NCBI GenBank assembly: GCA_963710755.1 | Contig: CAVQBK010000003.1 | Span: 1,088,001 to 1,152,000 of the forward strand | DNA from: an uncultured bacterium | GTDB taxonomy: Bacteria; Oederibacteriota; JAAXVQ01; JAUVAV01 | Length of the DNA stretch: 64,000 nucleotides | Reading direction: 5' to 3' | Shown here: one piece after another, positions 18,991 through 29,366 of the stretch | Numbering within the stretch: the stretch's first letter is position 1 | How the letters are laid out: the number at the start of each line of letters is the position of its first letter | The notes under the pieces: model-generated | Told to the model about the DNA's origin: nothing | What the model saw: the letters and a program-made list of their open reading frames with translations, nothing else | The model's database searches: none | Translations under genes and position numbers: made by a program

Positions 18991-21519
18991 TTGGTCTCAA
19001 AAAGCAAGTCCACCTTTTCACAAGCGAGTGGCTGGCACTGGCAAAAAAGCCTGGTGTTGCTGGTGCTGGTGATCTGGGGGGCAATGCTCCTTATCCAAAC
19101 CAACAAGGCTTTCCCTCTTCAGCTATCCTTTTTCCCCCTTCTATTCAATGTCAATCGTTTTGGTGATGTGAATCTCCTCCAGGTTGTCCACCATTGGCTT
19201 GGTCTGCTGACACTAGGGCTATGGTATGGGGTGTTCTTGCTTTGTGCCTATGGTCTGGGACGGCCTTTGGTCCTTTTGATTAAACGTACCAGCCAGACCA
19301 TCACGCCCGCTTGGATTTATGCTTTGGGGCTGGGCTTAGGCGCTATGTCTCTGCTCTCTCTGGTGTTGGGAAGTGTTCATTTATATTATCGAGGTCTGGT
19401 TATTCCGTTGACATTGACCGGTGCCCTGGCCGGTGGCTGGCAATGGTGGCACGGGCGGACTTCCAGATTAAAACCGGACTTTACCTGGGTCCGGTCCCTG
19501 ACCATGCTGGACCTCAGCTTACTCGCTATTGGGGTCATGGTGGTGGGATTTGCACTCCTGAATGCACTGGCGCCGGAAGTGTTTTATGATGCTCTGGTTT
19601 ATCATTTGGCAGTGCCCTATCATTATGTGCAGCATCATGGTATCTCGGTGATCCCCACCAATTTTTTCTCTAACCTTCCTATAGGCACGGAACTGCTTTA
19701 TGCTTGGTGCCTGCAGCTGGCCGATGAACGCCTGTGCCGGCTGCTGCATCTTACCATGGCGCTTTTAACGGGAGGCTTATTGATAAGCCTAGCGCAACGA
19801 TTTGTTTCCCGCCGTTTGGCACTATGGGCAGCGGTCTTGTTTTTGACCACCCCGGTGGTGTCCATGAATATGCTCGAGTCCGGGGTGGATGTGGCGGCAG
19901 CTTTTTTTGGACTCATGGCTTTTGATCGATTGCTAAGCTGGTTGGAACAGCAATCCGCTTCGGGTTCAACGGACAATTGGGCCACCATCATTACTGGGGC
20001 GTTTGTTGGGTTGGCTTTGTTTTTTAAATACACTAACGCCTTTATGCTGGCTCCGGCCGTACTTATCAGTCATGGGCTGAGACTTAAAAAGGAAAAAGCT
20101 CCTTTTCAAGCCGGCTTCAAAAGACTTTTACTCATGGGTTTGGCTGTAGTGGCTATTTTGATGCCCCTGTTTATAAAAAACGTGGTCATGACCAACAACC
20201 CGGTCTATCCCTTCTTGTTTAAAGTTATTCCCAGCAAGTTTATCAATCCTGTCAAGATGCAGCATCAAATGGATGAATTCAAGGAATTTGGCAAACGCAC
20301 CTGGACTCAGCTGATTAGCCAGCCCTGGACCTTGACCTTTTACCAAGCCACCAGCAATTCCTTTATTGGTGTGGTTTATTTGTTTATGCTGCCAGGGCTG
20401 ATGATATTGGGAGTTTACCGGCGCCGGGGGCCTCCTTCCTGGCAATTGATGTTTTGGACAATCATTTTGGGAAGCTTGATTTGGACCAGCCAGACCCAAA
20501 TCATGCGTTATTACATTCCATTGCTACCTGTGTTATGTTTGCTGATTGTGATTTTATTGGAGCGCTGGCAGCAATGGCATATGCTCTCCGGCACCTTGGT
20601 CAAGGCCGGTGTGGTAGTGCTGACTCTGTGGGGAAGTCTGACTTTTATGGGAATCGGTGTGGCTAACTGGGATCCTGTGGGTGTGACCTTGGGTCTGGAG
20701 TCACGGGCAGCCTATTTAAACCGGAAACTCATGAACAGCTATGCCGTAATGGCGGACGCTGTCAATCAACTGCCATCCCGCAGCAGGATTTTGATTTATG
20801 GTGACAGCCGTTCCTTCTATTATAAACGTGATGTCACCACGGCCACAGTGTTTAATGACCACCCTTTGATTAAGGCCCTAAGCCAGCACCAAAGCGCAGA
20901 ACAAATATGGCGTTCCTGGCGTGCTCAAGGGTACACTCATTTTCTCGTGTTTCATGGAGAAGCCCAGCGGCTGCGGGGGTATGAATCCTACCAATGGGAT
21001 GACCAGGCTTTGAGTACCTACCAGGTATTGACCAGTCGATATATGGTTCCGGTCAAGATTTATCAACAACAGATCCTCTACCGCCTGGAGGATCAGCCGG
21101 TTCTGCAACTTCCAGTGAAAGCCGGACAGCCCTTATTTACGGTTGCCATGGATATTCTTCAGCAGGTGCAAGTGTTGTTGAATGCCACTGCCCGGCAACA
21201 GGACCCCAGTCAAGAGATGAGCCAGTGGAAAAAAATTCAGACCCTCGTACCCGGCTGGTGGGTACCCTATCAAGTGCTGGGATGGTACCACGCCCAGCGC
21301 CGGGATATGGCCGAAGCTTACCGCTTATATGCCCGGGCTGATGCCCTGGGATGGCTTAATCCCCAAGGGTATTACTTTCTGGGAATCATGGATGCCCGTT
21401 CCGGGCACTATGCCCTGGCGGCCAGTTATCTGCAGGCAGCCTTGGCTCAAGCACCGGGATTTACGGCAGCGCAGCAGGCTTTAAATCAAATTCGGGAAAT
21501 GACGCCGGGGTTGAAGTGA
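18991..21519 (+). CDS. Polytopic GT-C (PMT/ArnT-like) glycosyltransferase with C-terminal TPRs
   Basis: Many TM helices; YDALVYHL loop, KYT, NPVYP, RY..P; TPR-like tail. Confidence 0.65.
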   Translation: MVSKSKSTFSQASGWHWQKSLVLLVLVIWGAMLLIQTNKAFPLQLSFFPLLFNVNRFGDVNLLQVVHHWLGLLTLGLWYGVFLLCAYGLGRPLVLLIKRTSQTITPAWIYALGLGLGAMSLLSLVLGSVHLYYRGLVIPLTLTGALAGGWQWWHGRTSRLKPDFTWVRSLTMLDLSLLAIGVMVVGFALLNALAPEVFYDALVYHLAVPYHYVQHHGISVIPTNFFSNLPIGTELLYAWCLQLADERLCRLLHLTMALLTGGLLISLAQRFVSRRLALWAAVLFLTTPVVSMNMLESGVDVAAAFFGLMAFDRLLSWLEQQSASGSTDNWATIITGAFVGLALFFKYTNAFMLAPAVLISHGLRLKKEKAPFQAGFKRLLLMGLAVVAILMPLFIKNVVMTNNPVYPFLFKVIPSKFINPVKMQHQMDEFKEFGKRTWTQLISQPWTLTFYQATSNSFIGVVYLFMLPGLMILGVYRRRGPPSWQLMFWTIILGSLIWTSQTQIMRYYIPLLPVLCLLIVILLERWQQWHMLSGTLVKAGVVVLTLWGSLTFMGIGVANWDPVGVTLGLESRAAYLNRKLMNSYAVMADAVNQLPSRSRILIYGDSRSFYYKRDVTTATVFNDHPLIKALSQHQSAEQIWRSWRAQGYTHFLVFHGEAQRLRGYESYQWDDQALSTYQVLTSRYMVPVKIYQQQILYRLEDQPVLQLPVKAGQPLFTVAMDILQQVQVLLNATARQQDPSQEMSQWKKIQTLVPGWWVPYQVLGWYHAQRRDMAEAYRLYARADALGWLNPQGYYFLGIMDARSGHYALAASYLQAALAQAPGFTAAQQALNQIREMTPGLK

Positions 21520-21540
21520 TCATTAAAAAAGGAGTGACGC

Positions 21541-22239
21541 ATGCGCGTAACCGTTTTGATTCCAGCCAAAAACGAACAAGCCACTATCAGTGAGCTTTTG
21601 CATCGCGTACGCCGGCAAGGTGAACTCGAGGATCAAGAAATCATTGTCATCGATGACGGCTCCACCGACGCCACGGCTGAGTTGGTAAAGGGTTTTCCGG
21701 AGGTTAAGTTGATCCAGTTGGAGTGCAGCCAAGGCAAGGGCCATGCTTTGCATCAGGGTATCCGGGCCGCCACCGGGGAAGTGATCTTGATTCAGGACGC
21801 AGATCTGGAATACGATCCCAGTGATTACCCCTTCCTGCTGGCGCCCTTTGGTGATGACCATGTTCAGGTAGTCTACGGATCGCGCATTCTGGGCCGGCAA
21901 AAGGGCCGGTCTGCGCGTATTTCTTACTGGCGCTATTATTTGGGGGGGCGATTTCTATCTTGGTTGACCTCTTTTCTCTACGGTGCTAAAATGTCCGACG
22001 TTGCTACTGGTTATAAGGTATTTAGAACCGACTTGCTGCGTTCCCTGAACCTTAAACATAAGGGTTTTGACTTTTGCCCTGAAGTAACCGCCAAACTACT
22101 GAGCAAAGGACTCTCCATTCTCGAAGTCCCGATTTCCTACACACCTCGTTCCATCGCCGAGGGCAAGAAAATTCGCTGGAGAGATGGACTGATCGCCATT
22201 TGGACATTGCTTAAATACCGACTGATAAAATTTAATTAG
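21541..22239 (+). CDS. GT2 glycosyltransferase (DPM1-like)
   Basis: IPAKNE, IDDGSTD, GKG, QDADLEYDP, VYGSR, EGKKIRWRDG. Confidence 0.9.
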   Translation: MRVTVLIPAKNEQATISELLHRVRRQGELEDQEIIVIDDGSTDATAELVKGFPEVKLIQLECSQGKGHALHQGIRAATGEVILIQDADLEYDPSDYPFLLAPFGDDHVQVVYGSRILGRQKGRSARISYWRYYLGGRFLSWLTSFLYGAKMSDVATGYKVFRTDLLRSLNLKHKGFDFCPEVTAKLLSKGLSILEVPISYTPRSIAEGKKIRWRDGLIAIWTLLKYRLIKFN

Positions 22240-22349
22240 GTTTTGTTGTGGAAGAATTTATTAATATTCCACACCCAGAAATGGTAGATATTTTTTCCGG
22301 GCATATGGGATTCAGGCAGGAGTCAAGTCGTTATGACCAAGGATAGTTT

Positions 22350-22380
22350 CCCTCGCCTTCGTCCTCTCTCAAGAGGAGGG
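22350..22380. repeat. Degenerate CCCTC...GAGGG REP-like palindrome
   Basis: ccctcgccttcgtcctctctcaagaggaggg; resembles the 28947 element. Confidence 0.35.
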
Positions 22381-22457
22381 GAAGTTTGTTTTAGGAATTC
22401 AAACCTATTTGGCAACAGAGACTATTTAGAATATTGCAGGTCATGGAGGATAAAGTT

Positions 22458-24797
22458 TTGAAAACACGTCAATCTAAGACTGGAAAAAATAAAAAAGCTT
22501 TAGTCAAGATTAAGGTCAGCCAGGGGAAGCATATGCCCGCCCCTTGCCCGGGTGATCCGGCTGAACTGAGTGGTCAATTGATCAAGGATCACGGTTTGAC
22601 GCCACGGGAATATAAAACCATTGAAACCATTTTGGGACGCACACCCAGTTATACGGAATTGGGCATGTTCTCAGTTATGTGGTCGGAACACTGTTCCTAT
22701 AAAAATTCCCGGCCTGTCTTAAAGACGTTTCCTACCAAAAACAGACGGGTCATTCAAGGACCGGGGGAAAATGCCGGGGTTATGGACATCGGAGACGGCC
22801 GGGCTATTTGTTTTAAAGTAGAGTCACACAACCATCCCAGTGCCATAGAACCCTATCAAGGTGCGGCTACAGGTGTGGGCGGCATCTTGCGTGATATTTT
22901 CACCATGGGGGCCAGACCGGTAGCTTGTCTCGATTCTCTTCGTTTTGGAAAACTTAACCATCATAAAACCAAACGATTGTTTCAAGGCGTGGTGGAAGGC
23001 ATTGCCGGTTATGGCAACTGCATAGGCGTGCCCACCGTGGGCGGGGAAGTGGTCTTCGACGATACCTATAATGACAATTGTTTGGTTAATGTCATGGCCG
23101 TTGGTTTTATGAAACATGAAGAACTGGCTTTGGGCCGTGCCTCCGGCATTGGCAACCGGGTCTTCTACATCGGCTCCACCACGGGCCGCGATGGCATTCA
23201 CGGGGCCACCTTTGCTTCGGAAGAACTCTCCAATGAAGCTGAAGAACGACGCAGTGCCGTGCAAGTGGCTGATCCCTTCATGGAAAAATTGTTGCTGGAG
23301 GCCACACTCGAGCTGATCCGAGGCAAGCACTTGGTGGGCATCCAGGATATGGGGGCTGCCGGACTGGCTTGTGCTACCTCGGAAATGGCGGCGCGCGGTA
23401 AAACCGGCTTGGAAATCGAACTGGACCGGGTGCCCCAGCGGGAAACCGGCATGGTGCCTTATGAAATTATGCTGAGCGAATCGCAAGAACGTATGCTGCT
23501 GGTGTCTAAGAAGGGTCACGAAAAGCAGGTAAGCGCAATTCTTAAAAAGTGGCATTTACACGTGGCCGATATCGGCAAAGTTACGGATGACGGGCTGGTC
23601 AGGGTAAAACACCATAACCAAGTGGTGGCGGAAATTCCAGCCGGAGCATTGGCGGATACCAAGTATCCCGGTTATCCTACTTATTTTCGACCTGCAAAAA
23701 AACCGGCGTATCTGGATAAGGTGCAACAATTAGGGTCCAAGATGTTGGCCCGAACGGTCAAAGAACAAACGGCTTTGGAAAAGCTGTTGGCATCGCCTAA
23801 TTTATGTTCCAAGCGCTATGTATGGGAGCAATACGATCATATGGTGCGCACCAATAGCGTACTTTTACCGGGGGCCGGGGCTGCGGTTATTCGGGTTAAG
23901 CATACCAACAAAGCCGTGGCCGTGTCCTTGGATTGCAATGGAAGATATGTTTATCTTGATCCCAAAGGGGGCGGGCGCATTGCCGTGGCTGAAGCCGCAC
24001 GCAATGTGGCTATAACCGGTGCCAAACCAATCGGCATGACCAACTGCCTCAACTTTGGCAATCCTATGGATCCGGAAATTTTCTGGCAATTTAAAGAAGC
24101 GGTTAAAGGCATGGCCGAAACCTGCCAAGTGCTCGATACCCCGGTCACAGGCGGGAATGTAAGTTTTTATAATGAAAGCCCACAGGAAGCCGTGGATCCC
24201 ACACCCGTGGTGGGGATCGTTGGGTTGCTGGAGGATCAACAGAAATTAGTCACCCCTTGGTTCAAAGAGCGGGGGGATATTATAGTCTTATTGGGCAAGA
24301 CTTATGAAGAACTAGGCGGGTCTTCGTGGTTGTTCGAGCTCAAGGGCATCAAGGCCGGTAAACCACCGGTGCTAAACCTTAAAAAGGAAAAGGCGTTGCA
24401 ACAGCTGTTGCTGGCGGCCGGTGAAAAGCAATTGTTAAAGTCAGCACAGGATTGTGCTGAAGGCGGGTTGGCCGTGGCGGTGGCGGAATGCACTATTTTA
24501 GGGCGTACCGCTGGTCAAGGGTTGATGGGGGCGGAGCTTAACCTGCACGATTCCTTTGACAGCACTACGGCATTGTTTTCCGAGAGCCAGTCCCGGGTCA
24601 TTGTATCGATTGCTCCTGATAAGTTTAAAACTTTTACCAAGTTGTGCCAAGCGCATCACGTTCCCGTGTCTGAGATAGGCCGGGTGGGCGGTAAAACCTT
24701 GAGTATCTTTCATCACGGCCGTCCGGTGTTGGAACAAAAAGTCAGCAAGTTGTATGAATTATGGAAAGGCGGTTTGAAAAAATATGTTCACGGCTGA
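22458..24797 (+). CDS. purL: FGAM synthase synthetase subunit
   Basis: [48 protein letters not shown]; TTG start after GGAGGA. Confidence 0.97.
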   Translation: MKTRQSKTGKNKKALVKIKVSQGKHMPAPCPGDPAELSGQLIKDHGLTPREYKTIETILGRTPSYTELGMFSVMWSEHCSYKNSRPVLKTFPTKNRRVIQGPGENAGVMDIGDGRAICFKVESHNHPSAIEPYQGAATGVGGILRDIFTMGARPVACLDSLRFGKLNHHKTKRLFQGVVEGIAGYGNCIGVPTVGGEVVFDDTYNDNCLVNVMAVGFMKHEELALGRASGIGNRVFYIGSTTGRDGIHGATFASEELSNEAEERRSAVQVADPFMEKLLLEATLELIRGKHLVGIQDMGAAGLACATSEMAARGKTGLEIELDRVPQRETGMVPYEIMLSESQERMLLVSKKGHEKQVSAILKKWHLHVADIGKVTDDGLVRVKHHNQVVAEIPAGALADTKYPGYPTYFRPAKKPAYLDKVQQLGSKMLARTVKEQTALEKLLASPNLCSKRYVWEQYDHMVRTNSVLLPGAGAAVIRVKHTNKAVAVSLDCNGRYVYLDPKGGGRIAVAEAARNVAITGAKPIGMTNCLNFGNPMDPEIFWQFKEAVKGMAETCQVLDTPVTGGNVSFYNESPQEAVDPTPVVGIVGLLEDQQKLVTPWFKERGDIIVLLGKTYEELGGSSWLFELKGIKAGKPPVLNLKKEKALQQLLLAAGEKQLLKSAQDCAEGGLAVAVAECTILGRTAGQGLMGAELNLHDSFDSTTALFSESQSRVIVSIAPDKFKTFTKLCQAHHVPVSEIGRVGGKTLSIFHHGRPVLEQKVSKLYELWKGGLKKYVHG

Positions 24798-26247
24798 GGG
24801 TGATAAACCCAAAGAATATTGCGGGATTGCCGGTGTATACGGACACCCGGAAGCGGCCAACCTGGTCTACTTGATGCTCTATGCATTGCAGCACCGCGGC
24901 CAGGAGGGCGCAGGCATTGTTTCTTCCAGTGTCAAAGGCTTTCATTCTATTCGTTCCTCAGGATTGGTGGCCGATGTGTTCGACGGAGAAAAACTTAAAA
25001 ACCTGGAAGGGGAGCAAGCCATAGGGCATGTGCGCTATTCCACCACCGGGGCCTCGGTTGAGAAAAATAATCAGCCCATTATAGTGGACTACAGCCGGGG
25101 CAATTTAGCCCTGGCGCATAACGGCAATATTGTCAATGCTGCAGAAATAAAAAAAGAGTTGGAAGATTTTGGTTCCATTTTCCAAACCACGGCGGATACG
25201 GAAATTCTGATCCATCTTATTGCCAAGAGCACCAAAAAGGATTTCGTGGAGGCGTTGATTTCCAGTCTGGAACGGTTGAAGGGCGCTTACTCCATGGTCC
25301 TGCTCAATGATGAAGGCATGGTGGCCATGCGTGATCCCCAGGGGTTCCGTCCTTTGGCGCTGGGAAAGCTCAAGGAAGGCTATGTGGTTGCTTCCGAGAC
25401 CTGTGCTTTTGACCTTATTGGCGCGCAGTATGTCCGGGACATTGAACCAGGGGAATTGGTCAAGATTGATGATCAAGGTGTTCATTCCCTGCGCTTTGAG
25501 AACGGCTATAAGGCTCATGCTTTTTGCGTCTTTGAGCATATTTACTTTTCCCGTCCCGACTCCCTGGTATTTGGCCATTCCTGCTGGGAAGCACGGAAAA
25601 AACTGGGGGTCATGTTAGCCAAGGAGGACCAGGTTGAAGCGGATCTGGTCATCCCTGTCCCTGATTCCGGCGTATGCACGGCTATTGGTTATGCCCAGGA
25701 AGCGGGGCTGCCTTATGAAATGGCCTTGATTCGCAATCATTATATTGGCCGTACCTTTATTGAACCTTCACAAAGTATCAGGGATTTTGGGGTTAAATTG
25801 AAATTTAATGTGGTCAAGGAAGCTGTGAAAGACAAGCGGGTCGTGGTTATTGATGATTCTTTGGTGAGAGGTACCACGGCCAGAAAAATTGTAAAAATGA
25901 TTCGTCAGGCTGGGGCTAAGGAAATTCATATGCGCTTAAGTTCACCACCCGTGATGTATCCCTGTTTTTATGGTATGGATTTTCCTACGCGCAAAGAATT
26001 GATAGCCTCCACCCATACCCTGGAAGAAATTACCCGCTATTTGCGGGTGGACAGTGTGGCCTACTTATCCAAAGAGGGTATGTTGGGAGCCATGAAGGAA
26101 GCGAAAAAACATTTTTGTACGGCTTGTTTTGATGGCAACTATCCCGTGGATTTTAGGGACCGCAATAAATTAAGCAGTCAGGAAGTGGTGGAAAAACAAA
26201 TTGGCAAACATCGCCTGGAAACCATCAAGGAGGAGGCCTATGACTAA
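24784..26247 (+). CDS. purF: Amidophosphoribosyltransferase
   Basis: [35 protein letters not shown], FeS cysteines CTAC. Confidence 0.97.
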   Translation: MFTAEGDKPKEYCGIAGVYGHPEAANLVYLMLYALQHRGQEGAGIVSSSVKGFHSIRSSGLVADVFDGEKLKNLEGEQAIGHVRYSTTGASVEKNNQPIIVDYSRGNLALAHNGNIVNAAEIKKELEDFGSIFQTTADTEILIHLIAKSTKKDFVEALISSLERLKGAYSMVLLNDEGMVAMRDPQGFRPLALGKLKEGYVVASETCAFDLIGAQYVRDIEPGELVKIDDQGVHSLRFENGYKAHAFCVFEHIYFSRPDSLVFGHSCWEARKKLGVMLAKEDQVEADLVIPVPDSGVCTAIGYAQEAGLPYEMALIRNHYIGRTFIEPSQSIRDFGVKLKFNVVKEAVKDKRVVVIDDSLVRGTTARKIVKMIRQAGAKEIHMRLSSPPVMYPCFYGMDFPTRKELIASTHTLEEITRYLRVDSVAYLSKEGMLGAMKEAKKHFCTACFDGNYPVDFRDRNKLSSQEVVEKQIGKHRLETIKEEAYD

Positions 26248-27280
26248 GGCCAAGACTCAAGATGCCTACAGCAAAGCTGGGGTCAACATTGATGCCGGTC
26301 ATGCGGCCGTACGAAAAATGAAACGTCATGTTAAAATGGCCCGGACCAAAGGCATGATTACCGATATTGGATCTTTTGGCGGGCTATTTCAATTGCCGAC
26401 GGGATATAAGCATCCCGTGCTGGTCGGTTCCACCGATGGCGTTGGGACCAAAGTCATGATAGCCTCCTTGATGAAAAAATACGATACGGTGGGTCAGGAC
26501 CTGGTCAACCACTGTGTGGATGATATTCTGGTCCAAGGCGCAAGCCCGCTTTTTTTTATGGATTATTTTGCCACCGGCAAATTAGATCCAGCTATGGCCG
26601 AGCAATTGGTTAAAGGTCTGGCCAAGGCCTGCCGGGAAAACGGCTGTGCACTGTTAGGTGGTGAAACCGCCGAGATGCCAGGTATCTATCAAGATGAGGA
26701 TTTTGATCTCGCTGGCACCATTGTGGGTATAGTTGACAAAAAAGACATCATAGATGGAAGTGGTATTAAAGCGGGTGATATTATTTTAGGTCTGCCGTCA
26801 ACCGGTCTGCATACTAATGGTTTTTCCCTGGCACGGCAACTATTCTTTAAAAAATTAAAATTTAAAGTGCATCGTTATGTGCCCGATCTTAAGACCACTG
26901 TGGGCGAAGCCTTGCTGGCTGTTCATCGTTCCTACCTTCCGGCCATTGCCAGTCTGAGAAAAAAAATAACGATAAAAGGAATGGCTCATATTACGGGTGG
27001 TGGATTTATTGACAATATTCCCAGGATTTTACCTCAGGGATGCCGTGCGGTTATAAAATGGGGCACTTGGCCGGTTTTGCCCATCTTTGAATTTATCCAA
27101 ACCAGGGGTCATATAGAAAAAATGACAATGATGAGAACTTTCAATATGGGGATCGGTTTGACGATCGTAGTCAGCTCCAAGGATAAGGACAAGGCTATCA
27201 AAATGTTAAAAAGTAAAGGGGAAGCAGTTTATGAGCTGGGCCTTATAGAAAAAGGTTCAAAAAAGACTGTGATTATTTAA
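26240..27280 (+). CDS. purM: AIR synthetase
   Basis: AGVNIDAG, TDGVGTK, GGETAEMPG, GLHTNGFS, HITGGG, TFNMGIG. Confidence 0.97.
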   Translation: MTKAKTQDAYSKAGVNIDAGHAAVRKMKRHVKMARTKGMITDIGSFGGLFQLPTGYKHPVLVGSTDGVGTKVMIASLMKKYDTVGQDLVNHCVDDILVQGASPLFFMDYFATGKLDPAMAEQLVKGLAKACRENGCALLGGETAEMPGIYQDEDFDLAGTIVGIVDKKDIIDGSGIKAGDIILGLPSTGLHTNGFSLARQLFFKKLKFKVHRYVPDLKTTVGEALLAVHRSYLPAIASLRKKITIKGMAHITGGGFIDNIPRILPQGCRAVIKWGTWPVLPIFEFIQTRGHIEKMTMMRTFNMGIGLTIVVSSKDKDKAIKMLKSKGEAVYELGLIEKGSKKTVII

Positions 27281-27417
27281 AATACCCCGCGATATAAGGC
27301 GGGTTTTAGCAAAAGCATATTAATTTAAAAATTATTTCTCCTAACTCTTTTACTTACAAGTTAATATCATTCTATGAAAAATAGTGAAGAAAAAAGATGA
27401 ATTTTTTAAAAAGTATA

Positions 27418-27444
27418 GAACCTAATATGGCCCTGGGGGTCATA
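27418..27444 (+). promoter_or_regulatory. ECF (RpoE-type) promoter candidate
   Basis: GAACCT-16 nt-TCATA. Confidence 0.5.
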
Positions 27445-27447
27445 ATA

Positions 27448-27540
27448 GCTAAAGTCCCCTATTCGAGCTTTAGTCACGGTTTCCCTCCAGTGGCTAAGGC
27501 GGGCCCGGCCGGGAATCCCTCCCCGGCCGGGTCTTTTTTT
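27448..27540 (+). ncRNA. Candidate small RNA with C-rich (CCCUCC) loops and an intrinsic terminator
   Basis: Stem 27467-27477/27490-27500 with loop containing ttccctcc; stem 27502-27513/27522-27533 with loop aatccctc, followed by T7. Confidence 0.55.
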
Positions 27541-27647
27541 ATCACTTTTTCCTGATCCAGCCAAAATTAATTTGGCCAACACCAGTGACGTTATATAATG
27601 AAATTATGGGAAAGGTCCCACGCTGATAGCAGTAAAGGAGAAAGGTC

Positions 27648-28289
27648 ATGCCCGAAGAAGCCCCAAGTAAGGAAACTTTATTCTGTGCAATCCATCACCA
27701 AAGTGCCCAATGGCAATGTGGGTTGTGCGGCCAACCCATTTGCCACGACTGCCATCCTGTTGGTCTCAATTATCAGGTTTTCCATCCCCAGTGTGCGCCG
27801 CAAGCCCGTGAAAAAATGGACATCCAAGATCAGCAAAGGAAAGAAGTGGATGCACCTTCACCAGGGGTGAAATTTTTTTCCTGGCTAATCATCATTGGTG
27901 CCATGGTGCTCTTTGGAGTAGGCTTGTTTTTATTGATTTTTTCCATGATAGGACAGCAAGTTCCCTTGCGGGCCATGATGAGTGGTCCCGTGGCGCCGAG
28001 CATCGACAGTATTCCTGGCGGAAGAACCCTGCTTACCTGGCTGGGCGGCTTGGGCTTAATATTCAGCGGGATAGGCCTGGTATTGGGCATTGGCCTTCTC
28101 AATTGTGTGGCTGCAGCCCGGAAAACCTTGTTGGTGCTGGCCTGGCTGGATGTGGTCCTGTCTGCGGTGGTTTGGCTGGTGATTGCCATTGTAGGCCGAG
28201 GAGTGTGGACAATTCCCCTGTTGGCAGGCGTGATCATTTGGTATTTCACCCGGCCCAAAGTGAAAAAACAATTTGAACAAGTATTATAA
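27648..28289 (+). CDS. Membrane protein with N-terminal B-box-like zinc finger
   Basis: CAIH...CGLC...CHDC...HPQC followed by about 4 TM helices; AGGAG RBS. Confidence 0.7.
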   Translation: MPEEAPSKETLFCAIHHQSAQWQCGLCGQPICHDCHPVGLNYQVFHPQCAPQAREKMDIQDQQRKEVDAPSPGVKFFSWLIIIGAMVLFGVGLFLLIFSMIGQQVPLRAMMSGPVAPSIDSIPGGRTLLTWLGGLGLIFSGIGLVLGIGLLNCVAAARKTLLVLAWLDVVLSAVVWLVIAIVGRGVWTIPLLAGVIIWYFTRPKVKKQFEQVL

Positions 28290-28338
28290 ATGAAAGCATG
28301 GGACCGATGACTTATCTAAAAATAAGGTGGGATAAGGG

Positions 28339-28758
28339 CTAGTGTTCCTGATTGGAAGGGAGCTGGCGTAATTGTTTTTTTTGCGACTGATGACGTTTAT
28401 TGGCCAGCATTTTTTCCTTGGCTCTTTTGCTTCGCTTTCTCTTTTGGCGTCTGATTTTTTCCGCCTGCTGCTGTTGGGCACTGAGCTTGCCCATTCGTTC
28501 GGACTCGATTTTATTGACCAAAAGACGGCGAGCTAAAAAACGGTTAAGACTTTGCGACCGTTCCCGGTCACAGCGCACGCTTATCCCAGTAGGAAGGTGC
28601 TTGAGCACCACACAGGTTGAAGTTTTGTTGACGTGCTGACCGCCGGGGCCTTGGGAACGAACAAACCGTTCCTGCAAATCGCGTTCAAAAATCTCCAGCC
28701 GGACCATCTGTTCTTCCAAAGCCTGCAGTTTTTTTTCCGAAACAACATTATCAGACAT
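28339..28758 (-). CDS. Peptide chain release factor-like peptidyl-tRNA hydrolase (ArfB/C12orf65-like)
   Basis: FVRSQGPGGQHVNKT, RSQSLNR, basic C-terminal tail. Confidence 0.85.
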   Translation of the reverse strand: MSDNVVSEKKLQALEEQMVRLEIFERDLQERFVRSQGPGGQHVNKTSTCVVLKHLPTGISVRCDRERSQSLNRFLARRLLVNKIESERMGKLSAQQQQAEKIRRQKRKRSKRAKEKMLANKRHQSQKKQLRQLPSNQEH

Positions 28759-28946
28759 GGGTCGGCTCCTAATAGTGGGGTGGGTATGGTCCCCAGCAAG
28801 GAGTATAACCATCGAACTGAGTAAGCTCAACGAAAAAACTGAGGATAGGCAAGCTGTCACTCATGTTTCTGAGAAATTTGTGGTAAGCACATGGCGAAAA
28901 TCGATCCCGTCAACTAATTTCTGTTGCGGAAAAGGCAATTCTCTTA

Positions 28947-28978
28947 CACCCTCTCCCCCAATTTCGGGGGAGAGGGTG
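28947..28978. repeat. REP-like 13-bp perfect inverted repeat
   Basis: caccctctccccc-aatttc-gggggagagggtg. Confidence 0.7.
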
Positions 28979-29197
28979 AGGGGGCAAAAGACCTTGCACT
29001 CACCTCCATCCCCCCTGGGTGTCCGCTGTAAGGGTATCTTCCAAGAGGAGAGGACTATTTGATTGAGATCAAAAAGACCTTTTTTGCAATAGGAACTTAC
29101 TACAACGGGACATGCAATAGATCGCAGTAATTTCATTATTTGAATTGGGTTAGCTGTGGTAACCTGGGAGCCTGAGCATATGGCCAATCAGGCTTCG

Positions 29198-29321
29198 GAG
29201 CAATTTGAGCAAATACAGAAATAAATACTCGGTTGTCCTTTCGGGCATTGGTATTATTATGATAAGGACGCGTCCGTCATTGAAGATGACGGACGCAGCG
29301 GTCCATTTGCTCAAATTACTC
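29198..29321. mobile_element. MITE-like / structured 124-bp element
   Basis: 17-bp terminal inverted repeats (gagcaatttgagcaaat / atttgctcaaattactc, 16/17 match); internal 11-bp perfect hairpin 29270-29296; no target-site duplication seen. Confidence 0.4.
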
Positions 29322-29366
29322 AGTTTTCCAGGGTAAAATAGTTCACCTTGTAAACAAGGATAGTTT

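Noticed and set aside
22824-23555. Long antisense ORFs over pur and other core genes
   Set aside because: They are shadow frames of well-supported + strand genes with no recognisable motifs
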